Source of the DNA: Octopus bimaculoides
Lineage: Eukaryota
Reading direction: 5' to 3'
Assembly: GCF_001194135.2 (NCBI RefSeq)
Contig: NC_068987.1
Coordinates: 36,022,303-36,086,302 of the forward strand
Length of the DNA stretch: 64,000 nt
The notes beneath the pieces are model-generated. The model saw nothing but the letters and a program-made list of their open reading frames with translations, made no database searches and was not told where the DNA came from. Position numbers and translations under genes: made by a program. This document shows, piece by piece, positions 25,100-38,859 of the stretch. The number at the start of each line of letters is the position of its first letter. Positions within the stretch are counted from its first letter, which is position 1.

Positions 25100-26100
25100 A
25101 TACACGGTTCCTGCACCGTTCTGAGATGCATAAACCTGGTAATAAATAATACGATAATGGTAGTAGACAGATAGCATTTTAATTTGACATTGATTACACC
25201 AAGAACATTTCTCACCAAGTATTGCCACCGTTTTCGGAAATTACTTCCTCCACAAGAGAATAAATGTTTTTTTTGTTTTTTTGGCTGCTGGCGCAAGATC
25301 TACCGTATTGATCTTTCGTGTCGTACGCACGATGCAGGTCTTCAAACTGTTGACGCTCGAGTATGGTGAAGCATTGGTCCTTGCTTGAAAGACGTCCCAT
25401 AAAAAGTAATCGGAAAGGTTAAGATCTGGACTATTACTTGTCCAGATGTTGGCCCTCACAGAAGATCGCATCCTCTCACCAACGAAAGCCTGTGTTGCTA
25501 TTGAGCCATGGTATGGTGCATAATCATGGATAAGCACCACATTGCCAAGCCTAAGCTTCTGCTTCATCCAAAGTGACAGAGTTCTTCAGGATGTCCATAT
25601 ATTCCTTTGCGCTGATCTTCAAGCCAGACTCAATGAAGTGTGGATCCATGACCCTTCCATTACTCGCCACGACCTCAAATATCATCACAGAGGAATCGCA
25701 GATGAGACGTCAGATGGGTTGTATGCAATGACTGGAGAATTTCTGCGCTTCACCTCAGCGTCCACAGCGAACTTCTCGTTTACAAACATGAGAGTTTTTC
25801 ATGCACCTTAAAACTTGATGAATAAGAGAATCGGTGGACAACTTTCGACTCTGATTGGTTTGGCCTTTGCTCCTAGGATGTGATGACATTGTCGAACGTA
25901 GCTACTCCGGCCAAGGTTTGTGTTCACAGTTCTGGACACTGTTGAAAGGGACAAATTGCGTTTCTTTGAAAGAGTTGTCATGGATCTGGATGGAGTCGCT
26001 TCCATCGAGGGTCTGAAGCCATGGAGAAACTTTGGATTGCACTTGGAATCACTACGAGTCTTGTGTACTTTTCTATCAATCTTTCCCTACTCTTTAATTT
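25100..26100 (-). mobile_element. DD37D (maT-type) Tc1/mariner-superfamily transposase remnant
   Basis: ORF 25241-25567: HDYAP...SNSPDLNLSDYFLW, with 37 residues counted between the second and third catalytic Asp. N-terminal HTH-like LSLSTVSRTV in ORF 25808-26005. Stops and frameshifts present. Confidence 0.8.
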
Positions 26101-26705
26101 GTTTATACACACGATAAACCGTTGCTTTTCGAAGTTTCGTTAACTTAATTTTATATATGTTGGTGTATAATTGTGTGTCTGTGTTTTTGTTTATATCCGT
26201 TCGTCAAAATATTTGTTTTGAGATATAAGGGTAACCTTGAGATAGTTGATACATAAGTGTTATCACTTTAAAATGAATTCAGTTAAAAATTTCTCGAGAA
26301 AAATATTTCATTTTCTGTATATATCTATCAAAGATATAGTTTGTGCTATTATGCTTATGAGACTGAAATACTTATGTACATATATTTATTACCATTCTTT
26401 ATGAATGTACCGTCATTGAAGTGTATTGTTATTAGCTTATTTATAACAATGCACTTTTGGAAGCAATAATTTATAATTTACATTTGCATAGAAATTGAAT
26501 TTTTGTAGTTTAAAGTACACAATATCATTCTGCTTAACTCTTATAGAATAATACATTTGTATGTTTCGATATAAGGTAATATATTTAACTACATTAGCAT
26601 ACAAAATATATTGGTAAGATTATTCGAATACTCTTCTCAATGTATGTAAATTAAACTTATAGGCCTATAAAATCGTATACAGGCAAATATCTTTGTACGC
26701 ATATG

Positions 26706-26868
<163 letters not shown>

Positions 26869-27326
26869 GCCGGATTCTTTATATTTTGTTGTTATACTTA
26901 TGTTTAAATGGTTTTCAAAATAGTATTTGGACATTAATTACAGATGTGTTTACTATTAGTCGATATGCTGGTTTATGTGCGCTTACCTGCTTCAACGTTA
27001 ACATTATTATTTTGTTTCGTTTCATATTAATTTTCTGCAACAGTAAATGATCGGATGTTACCTTTAAAATAAAAAAAAGAAATTGAAAGATAATACTAAT
27101 ATTCACTTTCATCTTTCCTGAAAATATGTCAACATGCATATTCATACACCATTAAAATGCGATCCATGAAAAATTGCGTACGTGAGTATTTTATTACAAG
27201 AAAGCCCAAATTCTGTTAAAGAAATATTAAAGAATATTATGGGAAATATATTTCTTTGAGAATATCTTAACCGACGAGAAAATAAGTTTGAGATGAAAAA
27301 AAAAACAACTTCCACCACGTATATTC

Positions 27327-27440
27327 TTCTCATTCAATACTTTAAATGAATGGAAAAGTAAAATTCTCATTCAATACTTTAAATGAATGTAAAAGTAAAA
27401 TTCTCATTCAATACTTTAAATGAATGTAAAAGTAAAATTC
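27327..27440. repeat. 37-bp minisatellite, 3 copies
   Basis: TTCTCATTCAATACTTTAAATGAATG(G/T)AAAAGTAAAA starting at 27327, 27364 and 27401. Confidence 0.95.
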
Positions 27441-28869
27441 GAATAATGCAATAACAAATTCCATGAAAATGACCCGGTGATATCAAGATTATTATGAACC
27501 ACAACTGTCTAGTTGTTCAATCAAACGAAACTATAAATATATTTGAAGAGTTCTACTTATCGCCAGGCGATATACACCACGTTTTCAAGTACCTGTAAGT
27601 AGGCTAAGTTGCCCCTCTTGTCGTGATTAATACATCGGTGGAGTTAGAGTAGCCTATCTTAGCATCGAGGATAGAATGGACATTTTAATACCATTAAAGA
27701 GATGGTATACCATTAAACAGACACAAAATGAATTTCCAAATCATGCGAACATGGCGATGAATAATCCTTTGAAAGCAACTATGCAGTAAACCGTGTGGAT
27801 ACAGTAACTCACTTTGATCTGCAGGAAACTAAATTCGATGCAAAAAAGAAAAAAAAATATCAAATATTTTATATTTGATTTGCAAGATTATTGATGTGAA
27901 CCCGTGTGTTGAAAAGAGCTTTGTCGTATCCTTGGAGAAACACATGCACAATTTCAGTTTCCCATTATTGTTAGTCAATTGGTTAGATATTTAAACTACT
28001 AGCTAATGGATTGTTTGGTAAATTTGTTACTTTTTCAGTCAATTTGTTGTTTATTATTGACGGAATGGCAACAAAATAATCTAAATTATATGCGGCCATA
28101 ACAGAGGATTCTATCTTTCTGTAGTGCACACTGTATAAAGACAAAATGGACTAAAAGGAACAGGGGGAAATACGGGCAATGGAGAGTCACTGAAGAGGTC
28201 ATAGGATGTGTGACGAAAGATCTTCAGACAAAGGACATAAAAGAAAAACAATAATAAATCTGAAGTGTTGAACTAATATATATTGCGTGTATTTATTTGG
28301 TAATAAAATGACAGTCCAGAAATATAACAATATGTATGTGTATATGTATGTATGCATGTATGTATGTATGTATGTATGCATGTATATATGTATGCATGTA
28401 TATATGTATGTATGTTTGTATGTCAGGTCGCTCTTGAGCGCTACTAGTAATATGTAATCCAGTACATCCTGTTGCATGTTGGGGTCGTCGCCGTCTAAAC
28501 TGGCAGCCGCATCAAACCGGCTTGGTGAGGATGATGATTGTTGGACACCGTGCAGGAGGAAAAAATAAGATCTTTCAAAGGGCGGAAGAGCTCATAATCA
28601 GTCAGCGGCCATCCAACAATATGTGTATATATGCATGCATGTGTGTATGCACGGGGACATGGAAATACCTGTATTGGTGTCCAGGCGCGCGGTTAGCCCA
28701 CTAGGATTGAGAGATCCCTCTGTTATTGTCACAACATCTCCCTAGGAGAGAGAAACTCCGAGAGAAAATCTGTGATGTTGACAGTATTCGATGATGTAGA
28801 CTAATTCTTCTTGGCGAATTTATGTTGTCCATGATTAGAGAGTGATATTGGATTCTCTACTATAAAAAA

Positions 28870-29385
28870 CCATGCACAGGCATTGCTTGAAAAAAAATAA
28901 GACCTATCACAAAACGGTCGTAGACTTTACATGTGTGGGACCCTCGATCAAGCTATGGCAATACCCGAACACGAGTTTGCAGCCATCATGTATGTATGTA
29001 TGTATGGATGGATGGATGGATGGATGGATGGATGGATGGATGGATGGAAGGATGGAGGGAGGGAAGGAGGCAGGCATTTGCTTATATGTGCAGATTTGTA
29101 TAGTTTGCTTTATGTGTGTATTCCCACGCATATTGTTGCATATCTAGACATTCTCATATATATTTAAATGATAAACCTCTGGGTGGTTTTACAGTTTTTT
29201 ACAGTTCCAGCAGTGGATTCGATCTGTAGTCTTTGAATTAGCTTTCTACTTTCTGGTTTTGAGGAGCCCGATTTCTCAAGATTGGTATTTAGGCAGTGTG
29301 TTACATATCTCAGGGCCCCAATAATTACAAGCATAAACCTGAACTTGTAATCTGAATTGTGTGACTGCAGACTTCTCAATAGCTC
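28870..29385 (-). mobile_element. RLE-type non-LTR retrotransposon 3' end (distinct family), with a (GGAT)n insertion in its 3' UTR
   Basis: ORF 29164-29379 DYKFRFMLVIIGALRYVTHCLNTNLEK...LIQRLQIESTAGTVK.CK...* resembles an RLE-element C-terminus (xPIIIGALG). Confidence 0.65.
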
Positions 29386-30613
29386 GTATGTATGTATGTA
29401 TGCATTCCGTATGTATGCATGTATGCATTATGTATGCATGTATGTATGTATGTGTGTGTGTATGTATATAAAAAGTTGGCTCTGATAACAACAATTAGTG
29501 CAAGAAAAACGTTCAAATATATTGTATACTAAGTATAAGGAATAACGTATTTCAGAAAGCAACTAGATATTATATTTTTTTAATGAAATTATAATTTAAA
29601 TTAAATGTACGTATATAAGTATGTAAGTGTACAAGTTATGAGGAAGTTAAGAATTAGATCTGATAAAGAAAAAAATAACTGAGAATATTGTACTTTTGAA
29701 ATAGAACACAAAATGGATGAGTGTGCTTCTCATGCGATAAAAGTCGTAGATTTGTAGTTGGTGGCAAAATATTACATGACTAGTATTCAGAGATATTTAG
29801 CCGATGATGTTGAAGCTTTTAAATCAAACGAAGCACCTGCTATTTTATTATGAATCTTATTCTTCTAAGTCTTCAATAGAGTTGCCAATTGTAAGTCCCT
29901 AGATTGCTAATATTTTTTTATTCCAAATTATAGTGGATACACAAACACACACATACCTCCCTCCGACCATATTTGTGTGTGCGTTTGTATGTATTTATAT
30001 ATGTATTCATACCAGTTCCACCTCCGCTACTTACGATGAAGGTCGGGAACGGGATTCTTCTAGTAGATTATAAAAGCCCTTGGAATTGATGTTCATGTAT
30101 TGCGAAGGGAGTTTTATACCAAAATGTGTGGCACTTCCTAAACTTTTTGGTGTTTTTATACTGTCGGCACTTCCCAAGGTTTAGTGACGTTGTGTTTCTG
30201 AGCTCTTCTACTATCTCCATCAAAAACTTCCATGTTATTTTGTCTTAAAATGTACATAATGTTACCCGTATGGGTGTCTACTCTATCTGCAGATTTATGA
30301 AATTTAGCAGATGAACCAGGTGCATTTAGTACGGTGCGCTTCCTGTTGGCTACTTCTAAGGATGATGGGATCTATAGACTGGTATTAGTACTATTCGTCT
30401 GGTTATTTGAGAAAGTAGACTTCTTCAGTCCGAATGGATATATTCTCAACCATGATTTCATAATTGAAAGAAGTGGGTTCTCATATAGTAGGACACTTAA
30501 ACTTCCTTAGCCACATATAAAGGGAATATTCTCCAAATTTGATCATATTTTGTAACATCTTAATTGAGGAAGAGTTTGCATAAGAAATAAAATTCCCTTT
30601 TATCTATTGGGTA

Positions 30614-30654
<41 letters not shown>

Positions 30655-30719
30655 TTTTTTTCTTAAAGCTACAAAATCATATTTGATAAAGAAGCATATT
30701 AGTCTACCTTCGATATTCG

Positions 30720-30933
30720 AGGAGTTGCTCTGTGGTAAGTACCTTGCTTGTCAACCACCTGGGTCCGGGTTCAGTCCCACTGCATGTCACCTTGGGCTAG
30801 TGTCTTCAACTACAGCCTCGAGCCAACCAAAGCCTTGTGAGTGGAGTTGGTAGACGGGAACTGAAAGAAGCCCGTCGTATCTATATATCAATATATATCA
30901 ATATCAATATGTGTGTGTGTGTGTGTGCGTGTG

Positions 30934-30968
<35 letters not shown>

Positions 30969-31215
30969 ATGTGTAAGTATGTATGTATGTATTATGTGCG
31001 TGTGTTTGTGTGTTTTTGTGTCTGTGTTTGTCGCCCCAACCCAACATCAATGCTGGTGTGTTTACGTCCCCGTACCCCAGCGGTTCAGCAAAAGGACCCG
31101 ATGGAATAAGTAGTAGGCTTAGGAAGAATACGTCTTCGTGTTGATTTGCTCCACTAAAGCGGGTGCTAGACTAAGGCTGCAGTCAAATGACCGAAACTTG
31201 TTAAAGAATAAAAGA
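30720..31215 (+). mobile_element. CORE-type tRNA SINE (family B, OR2-like) with internal (TA)/(TG) microsatellite
   Basis: Head ...TGTGGTAAG...GGGTTCAGTCCCACTGC, CORE-like CACCTTGGGCTAGTGTCTTC, GAGTGGAGTTGGTAGACGGGAACTGAAAGAAGCCCGTCGTAT, tail ending AAGAATAAAAGAATA. Confidence 0.85.
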
Positions 31216-31749
31216 ATATACATTTTTGTCTCTCTTTGCACCGGTATGAGTATACTTATTTAGTTTTGTACGGTATTCTTTCTTTCATGTACACACTCAA
31301 ATAAAACAACTTGCAAAACCGATAGAATAACTACATCCATGTATACTATTTCGCATGTATACTATGCCCTCTACAAATGTATTAGTATACACTAATTTGT
31401 TTCCCTTATACGATCTTTTATATTACATTATATGACAATTAATTTGTATATTCTGTATACGTATGTGCATCCTCTACTCTATAAAATATCTTTTTCTCAT
31501 ATTCATAATGCACAAGAACCTTCAATTACTTGAACACTTATTGCTTATAAAATGTTAGTATATTCTTCCCTCTCACTTTATGCCAACCTAGCTTCTTAAC
31601 TCACATTTTTATTTATACATAAACATAGTCAACCTATTACATATCGAAAATTATAATTTTAAAATTTTCCATTTTCCTAGCTATATTATCTCCCTTACAT
31701 TGTTATTTTAAGTTTTACTACATCTAATTAAACATCTGAACGTTTTTTA

Positions 31750-32150
31750 AATATCTATTGCTACATTTACTATCTTAATTCTGTAATACTAACAACTAAT
31801 TTCCTTTTTTTTTACCTTATATTTAATGCACACAAACGAATATTAATTCTTACACTAACACAACTCCATTTTATGTAGGTCTTTAAACATTTCTACTCCT
31901 AACTCTTGCTTTCGTTGCATTCTAACAGCCTCCTATGTACTAGGTTCACTAGCTTAATTTCATTCTCATACATAATTTTTTAAATACACACCATACCTAA
32001 TATTGTCTATAGGCGTCAAGTCATATCCTAATTCAAACATAACTATGCTTTTCCATTGGACATTTCTATAAAGCTTCCTCTCATAAATGACTTACTTGGA
32101 GTTTGAATTACTTATCTACTTACTCTTCTATACAGGGGACATCTATCAAA
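31750..32150 (-). mobile_element. Possible very old L1/Tx1-like LINE C-terminal remnant
   Basis: Minus frame ...VMFELGYDLTPIDNIRYGVYLKIMYENEIKLVNLVHRRLLECNE*; resemblance only. Confidence 0.3.
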
Positions 32151-32651
32151 ACCTTTTTCACTTATATTTTCAAATGACCGTTAGTTGCCTTAGTTTTAGT
32201 TTATACGCAACTAGACTCACATCCTTTATTACGATGATCACAATTTTCATAAGGATTAATATGTATATTACATGTCCTCTATAATAATATTTTTTTTGTT
32301 TCTACTTCTTGCACTGAGGAGAACAGTGATATGTAATTAATTTGATTTAATCAAATTAATTTAATTATTCTACCATGAATTTACACGTTTTAATATCGCT
32401 ATTGAAACGATCGCATGCATGTATTAAAATTCTTTCGAATTCAGTCATCTTCTCTTCTCCATTTTTAACAAATTTGTTGAGTTCTCTGCGATACCTTTCC
32501 ATAAAGTATCATAACGCACCATATGCAAGTATTATTTTCATATTCTCAAACTTACGCCAGTAAGCTACCAGCAAAATATGAAGAATCTTTATTAGAAATC
32601 GCTTTATGGAACCCTCCAAATTAAAAAATGAAATAGAATTCAACCTTTTCA

Positions 32652-32699
<48 letters not shown>

Positions 32700-33114
32700 N
32701 NNNNNNNNNNNNNNNNNNNNNNNNNNNNNNNNNNNNNNNNNNNNNNNNNNNNNNNNNNNNNNNNNNNNNNNNNNNNNNNNNNNNNNNNNNNNNNNNNNNN
32801 NNNNNNNNNNNNNNNNNNNNNNNNNNNNNNNNNNNNNNNNNNNNNNNNNNNNNNNNNNNNNNNNNNNNNNNNNNNNNNNNNNNNNNNNNNNNNNNNNNNN
32901 NNNNNNNNNNNNNGTTTGTATTTGCCAAGGGAAGTTATCCTTCCCATCTTGATCTACGATACGTACGTACTCGAGTTTCAGGGTTATTTCCCTTCTTCAG
33001 CGTACGACAATCGCCGACCTTCGATGCAAAAGACATCCCTTGGCAAATATATATAAGTCCTCCTGGGGCTAAAAGCAACAGTAACATCCACCCCTCGGTG
33101 GATGTTACTGTTGA

Positions 33115-33320
33115 ATCCAGATGGAATCCAGTGGAATCCAAATGGATATAGAAAGAGGAGTAGGCCTAAGAACTCGTGGCGTAGATCAACACAAAAGGAA
33201 CTAGAGAAAGGAGGACATTCATGGCAGAGTATAAGTACAGAAGCGAGAAATTATGTGACATGGAATTCAATTATAAGTGGCTTATACTCCACGTTAGAGG
33301 GTTAAAGGCAAGAAAGAAAG
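33115..33320 (+). mobile_element. RTE-clade LINE 3' end
   Basis: WNPNGYRKRSRPKNSWRRSTQKELEK...W...ARNYVTWNSIISGLYST* matches the RTE C-terminus (WNPQGKRKRGRPRNTWRR...W..L...LC). Confidence 0.85.
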
Positions 33321-33329
33321 AAGGCTTCT

Positions 33330-33670
33330 GACTTATGCTGTCCGTCTACAACATAAATCACGCTTGTATCTCATAACAACAATACGACATTAATGTCCAC
33401 GCTCTCTTGAACATTACACCAAAACACATTAAAACAGTAACAGACCCCATAAGGTTCAAGAAATCTTCGGAAAAACTCCTTCAAGAAATCCTAGATAAAG
33501 TTCCTACACCAGGATATGCCTCCGCAAGCAGTAACCCTCTGCTTGAGTGGGCCATGGTATCCGAATCCTGATTTGAATGACTTCACCAGGCACCAGGTGG
33601 TGCTGCTATGTTAGACATAGCCTGGGCCAATACTGGCCGAAACCTATCAAAGTATCATAGGTATATATAA
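33330..33670 (+). mobile_element. CR1/L2-group LINE 3' end, degraded
   Basis: ...PKHIKTVTDPIRFKKSSEKLLQEILDKVPTPGYASASSNPLLEW*, a C-terminal F K..L D..L..IPD.P..PGY-like signature, followed by a 3' UTR. Confidence 0.65.
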
Positions 33671-34239
33671 CAGGGGTTTTTATGATAGTATATAGAGAAA
33701 TATATTATTCAAAGGAATTCCAAATCTGTCTGTTATTTAATGTTTAATTTATATTCTTATAATATTAATGTAGGATATAGAATATATAATGTATTCAGTA
33801 CAATGAAATGACGTATTGATTGTCTTACTGAATAAATGAAATATTGACTATTGAATATTAAATATTAAGTATTGAATATTAAGGGACTAGTATACTTTCT
33901 TGCATTTTAGCAGTCTTCAAGGTCCCATGCTATGGCAGGACTGTTGACAAACACATATCTAACTCTATAACAGTACAATATAAAAGATTCTGAATGTATA
34001 TGTATATGTGTGTGTCTGCCTCTCCGTCTATGTTTATGTATTTTTGACAGGAAGCCCTAGGTTTCAAATTATTTCTGAACTATAGTATATTCATTGATCC
34101 AAATTACATCACACGTCTAAGTTGTACTTGCAGTTGCACTTTAACCGCATTATTAGCCAATGGCATACATTTACATGTTCGTTTCATTGTACTCACTTTC
34201 AAAGGCGATATTAATAACCCTCTTGTTTTATAAACTAGA

Positions 34240-34560
34240 TCTATGACAAGTTGAGAGTGCTGATTTGGAAGACGGAAACTGAAAGAAGCCAGCGTATATA
34301 TGCATATATGTATATGTGTGTGGGTGTGTAGGTGTGTGTCTTTGTACCTGTGTTCACCCACCCCTACCACCGCTTGACAACCGCTTGTAGTGTTTTCGCT
34401 TCCATAACACAGCGATTCGGCAAAAGACCCATAGAATAAGTACAAGGCTTTAAACATATGCGTATTGAGACTGATGCATTCGACGAGAATTCTTCAAGGC
34501 GGTACCCTAACACGCCTGCAGACTTATCACTAAAACAAGTAGAAGATAACACGGAAAAGA
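34240..34560 (+). mobile_element. CORE-type SINE (family B), 5'-truncated
   Basis: GATTTGGAAGACGGAAACTGAAAGAAGCC...CACCGCTTGACAACCG...GATTCGGCAAAAGACCCATAGAATAAGTAC. Confidence 0.75.
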
Positions 34561-34571
34561 TAAAAGATGTG

Positions 34572-34607
<36 letters not shown>

Positions 34608-35334
34608 TGGCTGGGTCTGTGTGTGTGTGTGTGTGTGTGTCTGTGTGTGTGAGAGAGTCTGTGTGAGTCTGTGTGATTCTGTGTGTGTGTAATGTATGTA
34701 TGAAATAAAATATCAGTATGTGACGTTTAAATTTTGATAAAAGATTTATATCCTATCAAATTTACTTCTAAACTCCTGAGACATACGTATATATCAATTA
34801 CGCTAGAAACAGCTGCCTGAAATGTCAGCAAATTAGTATATATACTTTCAGGTACCACATTACAGCATCACTATATAAAATAATATTTGCAGGAAATATT
34901 GCGCTGTCAGAAGATGTGTTAAAATAGCAATGCAGCTGAACGTAAGTTCAGTTTTTATAGACACTACATATTCATGAATGCTATTAAACTTTCTAGAAAA
35001 TATGTAAGATAGAATGATTCTAGAAATATCAAATAGAATGGAACTTAACTGTATATTGCTGGAGATTATTTTCCTTCAAGAGATGTAAGACAATATCAAT
35101 ATTCACGTGTAAATATATTATCTCATGCATTTTACTTGTTACAGGCATCCGGCTGCAACCTTGCTGGTACATCGCATTTTAGAATCTTACTCGAACAAAC
35201 TGACAGCAGCGCTTTATATTTTAAAGCCTGATGCCTATCTTGTCTGTCTCTTTAGTTAAACTGATAAATTACAGGGGTTAAATCCACCTACACCAGTTGT
35301 CAGGTGGTGGACGAACACAAACACAAAGATATAC

Positions 35335-35610
35335 AACTTTGTGTGGTAAGAAACAAGCTTCTAATCACATTGTTCTCGGATCAGTCCCACTGCTGGGCAG
35401 TTTGGGAAAATGTCTTCTACCATAGTCTCGGGCTGACCAAAGCCATGTGAGTGGATCACGCAGACAGAAAGAGAAAAAAAACCGTCTTTCATATATATGA
35501 ATATGTATGTGTGCGTGTGTGCGTGTATGTGTGTTTGTGTGTGTGTCCGTGTGTGTGTCTTTGTGTGTCCTCGTTCGCCCCCACTACCGATTGACAACTG
35601 GTTTTCAAGT
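35335..35610 (+). mobile_element. CORE-type SINE (family B), interrupted at its tail by an RTE fragment
   Basis: TGTGTGGTAAG...CAGTCCCACTG...AAATGTCTTCTACCATAGTCTCGGGCTGACCAAAGCCATGTGAGTGGAT. Confidence 0.75.
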
Positions 35611-35940
35611 GTTTATCGAAGCAACGACAGATCCTCAACATACAATGGGAAGTTCACGTTACCAACAACGAGGTTCTTCGCCGCACCTCACTACCAAGAG
35701 TCGAAGCCACCATTCTACGCCATCGTCTCCATTGGGCGGTACCCTCTCATCTCCCAAGGATTATGCTCTATGGTCAAATTGCAATCGGCACGAGACCCAG
35801 AGGAGGTCGGAAATTCCGTTTTAAAGACTTACTCAAACGAAATTTGGCTCAAGATAACATCCAACCATCCTCATGGAAAGAGATTGCCCTGGAGGAATGC
35901 TATCCACAATGGAGACAGCATCTTCTAGCAGAACAGACGA
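35610..35940 (+). mobile_element. RTE (BovB-like) LINE C-terminal fragment
   Basis: RQILNIQWEVHVTNNEVLRRTSLPRVEATILRHRLHWA...PRIMLYGQIAIGTRPRGGRKFRFKDLLKRNL. Confidence 0.85.
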
Positions 35941-36799
35941 ATATATATANNNNNNNNNNNNNNNNNNNNNNNNNNNNNNNNNNNNNNNNNNNNNNNNNNN
36001 NNNNNNNNNNNNNNNNNNNNNNNNNNNNNNNNNNNNNNNNNNNNNNNNNNNNNNNNNNNNNNNNNNNNNNNNNNNNNNNNNNNNNNNNNNNNNNNNNNNN
36101 NNNNNNNNNNNNNNNNNNNNNNNNNNNNNNNNNNNNNNNNNNNNNNNNNNNNNNNNNNNNNNNNNNNNNNNNNNNNNNNNNNNNNNNNNNNNNNNNNNNN
36201 NNNNNNNNNNNNNNNNNNNNNNNNNNNNNNNNNNNNNNNNNNNNNNNNNNNNNNNNNNNNNNNNNNNNNNNNNNNNNNNNNNNNNNNNNNNNNNNNNNNN
36301 NNNNNNNNNNNNNNNNNNNNNNNNNNNNNNNNNNNNNNNNNNNNNNNNNNNNNNNNNNNNNNNNNNNNNNNNNNNNNNNNNNNNNNNNNNNNNNNNNNNN
36401 NNNNNNNNNNNNNNNNNNNNNNNNNNNNNNNNNNNNNNNNNNNNNNNNNNNNNNNNNNNNNNNNNNNNNNNNNNNNNNNNNNNNNNNNNNNNNNNNNNNN
36501 NNNNNNNNNNNNNNNNNNNNNNNNNNNNNNNNNNNNNNNNNNNNNNNNNNNNNNNNNNNNNNNNNGTCAGCAGTGTCCCCCTGCTGGTTTGGCATCTGCA
36601 GACTAGCTTCAGGGTGTTGCCCCTTGTCAATGCAGAGCAGCCAAGCCCTAGCCAGGCGGCGCTGCTGACTATCTGCTCGAAGGTTATTTATCTAATTTCA
36701 GTGGAATCTATCCACTGGTTTTCAGAAATAGAGTTATTAATATTTCTAAGTCTCTCTAAAGGAGACTACGGCAGCGGTACTGGAAATTAATAGTTATCG

Positions 36800-36838
<39 letters not shown>

Positions 36839-37314
36839 TAATAAACATCCAACCCAATACTTGTTCATAAACAGATTTTTCCCATGGGATGTTACTATTG
36901 ATACCAGTTGTATATACATTAACTTCCTTTCTTTAAAATCAGTCCAACTTAAAAATAAACAGATAAATTATGGTGAACCCCATCAGCAAAAATGATGAGA
37001 TAAACCATAAACATTTCACATATGTACTGAACTCATATTGCGCGAGGAACAGAAACGGATGGCTGTTTGTCGGATAGAGATATAAAGACAATTTCTGTTA
37101 GCTGAATAAATAAATGGGCTAGTGGAAAGAGTAGAATAGCAAGCAGCTATATATAAAGAAGGATGCGTATACTGAATATTTGTGAACATTTTTTGATATC
37201 GGAGAAACAGTGAAGATCGAAATATGATCCAGAAAATATCACAAATTTGAAAAGGAAGAAGGTAAGGGAGAAGATTGCAACGGAAAAAGAGATTGTAAAA
37301 GATCAGGAGAAAGC

Positions 37315-37570
37315 TAGACGTTGGTTTAATCGCTCTTCATCAAACTCAACTGGACGGCCAGAACGAGGAGCGTCTTTGAGGTCAAAATTTCCATTTTTGA
37401 ACTTGGCATACCAATCATGAGCGATTCTCTCAGCTATGGCACCCTCTCCATACACAGCACGAATGTCTCGAGCAGTTTTTGCGCCTTTAGAACCTTGATT
37501 AAAAGCAAAAAGAAGGAGGTGTCGAAAATGCTCGTTTACTTAACTTGACATTCCCTTTTAATGATCTGGA
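37315..37570 (-). mobile_element. Mariner (Mos1-like) transposase N-terminal fragment
   Basis: Minus translation NEHFRHLLLFAFNQGSKGAKTARDIRAVYGEGAIAERIAHDWYAKFKNGNFDLKDAPRSGRPVEFDEERL. Confidence 0.9.
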
Positions 37571-38788
37571 AATAAACAAAAATTAACTAAAATTAAGTAG
37601 AAAAAAAACAAACAAAATACATTCCAAAATGATTCTAAAATAGATTCCAAAATAGAGTCAAAAATAGAATTCTCGGAAAAAATAGAATCCAAAATTTGAA
37701 AACGCATAGCTGTTTCTGGGATAACACAAATGATGTGTTAGCATGCACGTGCACTGGGTATAATGTCATAAGAGACAAAGTATGGATATTTTAGACGGGG
37801 AAAATGTTCTGTTTACTAGTACTATAATTCACAATTTATAAGGAATAAGATAGAAGAATAAAGCAGTATAACAGAAGAATAAATAGTAAAAGTAGTTAGA
37901 AGAATATAGGCAGGAGAATAATGTCCACAACTCATCTTTTTCCAGATGATATAGATGTTGGTTGATACTTCCATGAAGGTACAGGTTCTTAGTTAAAATC
38001 CCAGGTAAATCCAAGCAATACGTTTGCAGTGCTCTGAAGGATGTATTCTTAATGTAAATGAGTATATATAGAGAGAAAGCATGATGGACTTAGATGGGGT
38101 TTTTTGAGTGAGTGTATGAAAAAGAGAGACAGAAAGGAGAAAGGTAAAGAACAAGAGAGAGAGAAAGGAGAGATAGAAGATAGCATTAGAAAATAAGATA
38201 GTGGTAAAGGGGCAAAATAAGAATAAAATAAAAATAATAAGTAATAAAAATATAAATGAAAACAATGATAATGAAAACAACAGAATAAAAGATGAGGTAA
38301 TGACATATCCTAAAAATAAAATAAGATAGAGATAACAGGTTAAAGAATAATAAAATCAAAATAAATGGAAGTAAAGGTAACGATATAGATATGTCAGTAT
38401 TGTATAGAAGTTAAGGGTCAAGCGTTAAAGTTTCAGAAGAATGCGGGTGGAAGGCCAATCAAGGTAAGATTTTATAAGGACAATAGTTTAGTGCAGATAT
38501 TTAAATTTGCATTTCAAGCTTCGTAGCCATTAAACGATGCGAGATAAAGTATTGAGAATTAAACTTCAAATTCAAAATTAAAAATTTAAATTTAAATTTA
38601 AAATTTAAACCCTAAAGTTAAAATTACAAACTAAGTAAACTAGAGTAAAAAAAAAATCTATAAAAATTTTAAATTATTGAATTGAAATTAGCTAGTTTCT
38701 TAGATAGTTATGTTAATAGAACAGTAGGAGGAAAAAGAAGTGTGTACGCATATATATTTATACATGTATACACATACACAAACATATA

Positions 38789-38789
<1 letters not shown>

Positions 38790-38859
<70 letters not shown>

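Noticed and set aside
27327-27440. CRISPR-like array
   Set aside because: Units are directly adjacent with no unique spacers, there are no cas genes, and the context is eukaryotic.
27813-27818. 6-nt microexon candidate on the minus strand (tttcctgcag|ATCAAA|gtgagt)
   Set aside because: Splice-like motifs this short are expected by chance in 64 kb; no supporting context.
28420-28720. GC-rich segment considered as a LINE 5' UTR with an HDV-like ribozyme
   Set aside because: The nested double pseudoknot could not be built by eye, and there is no adjacent ORF.
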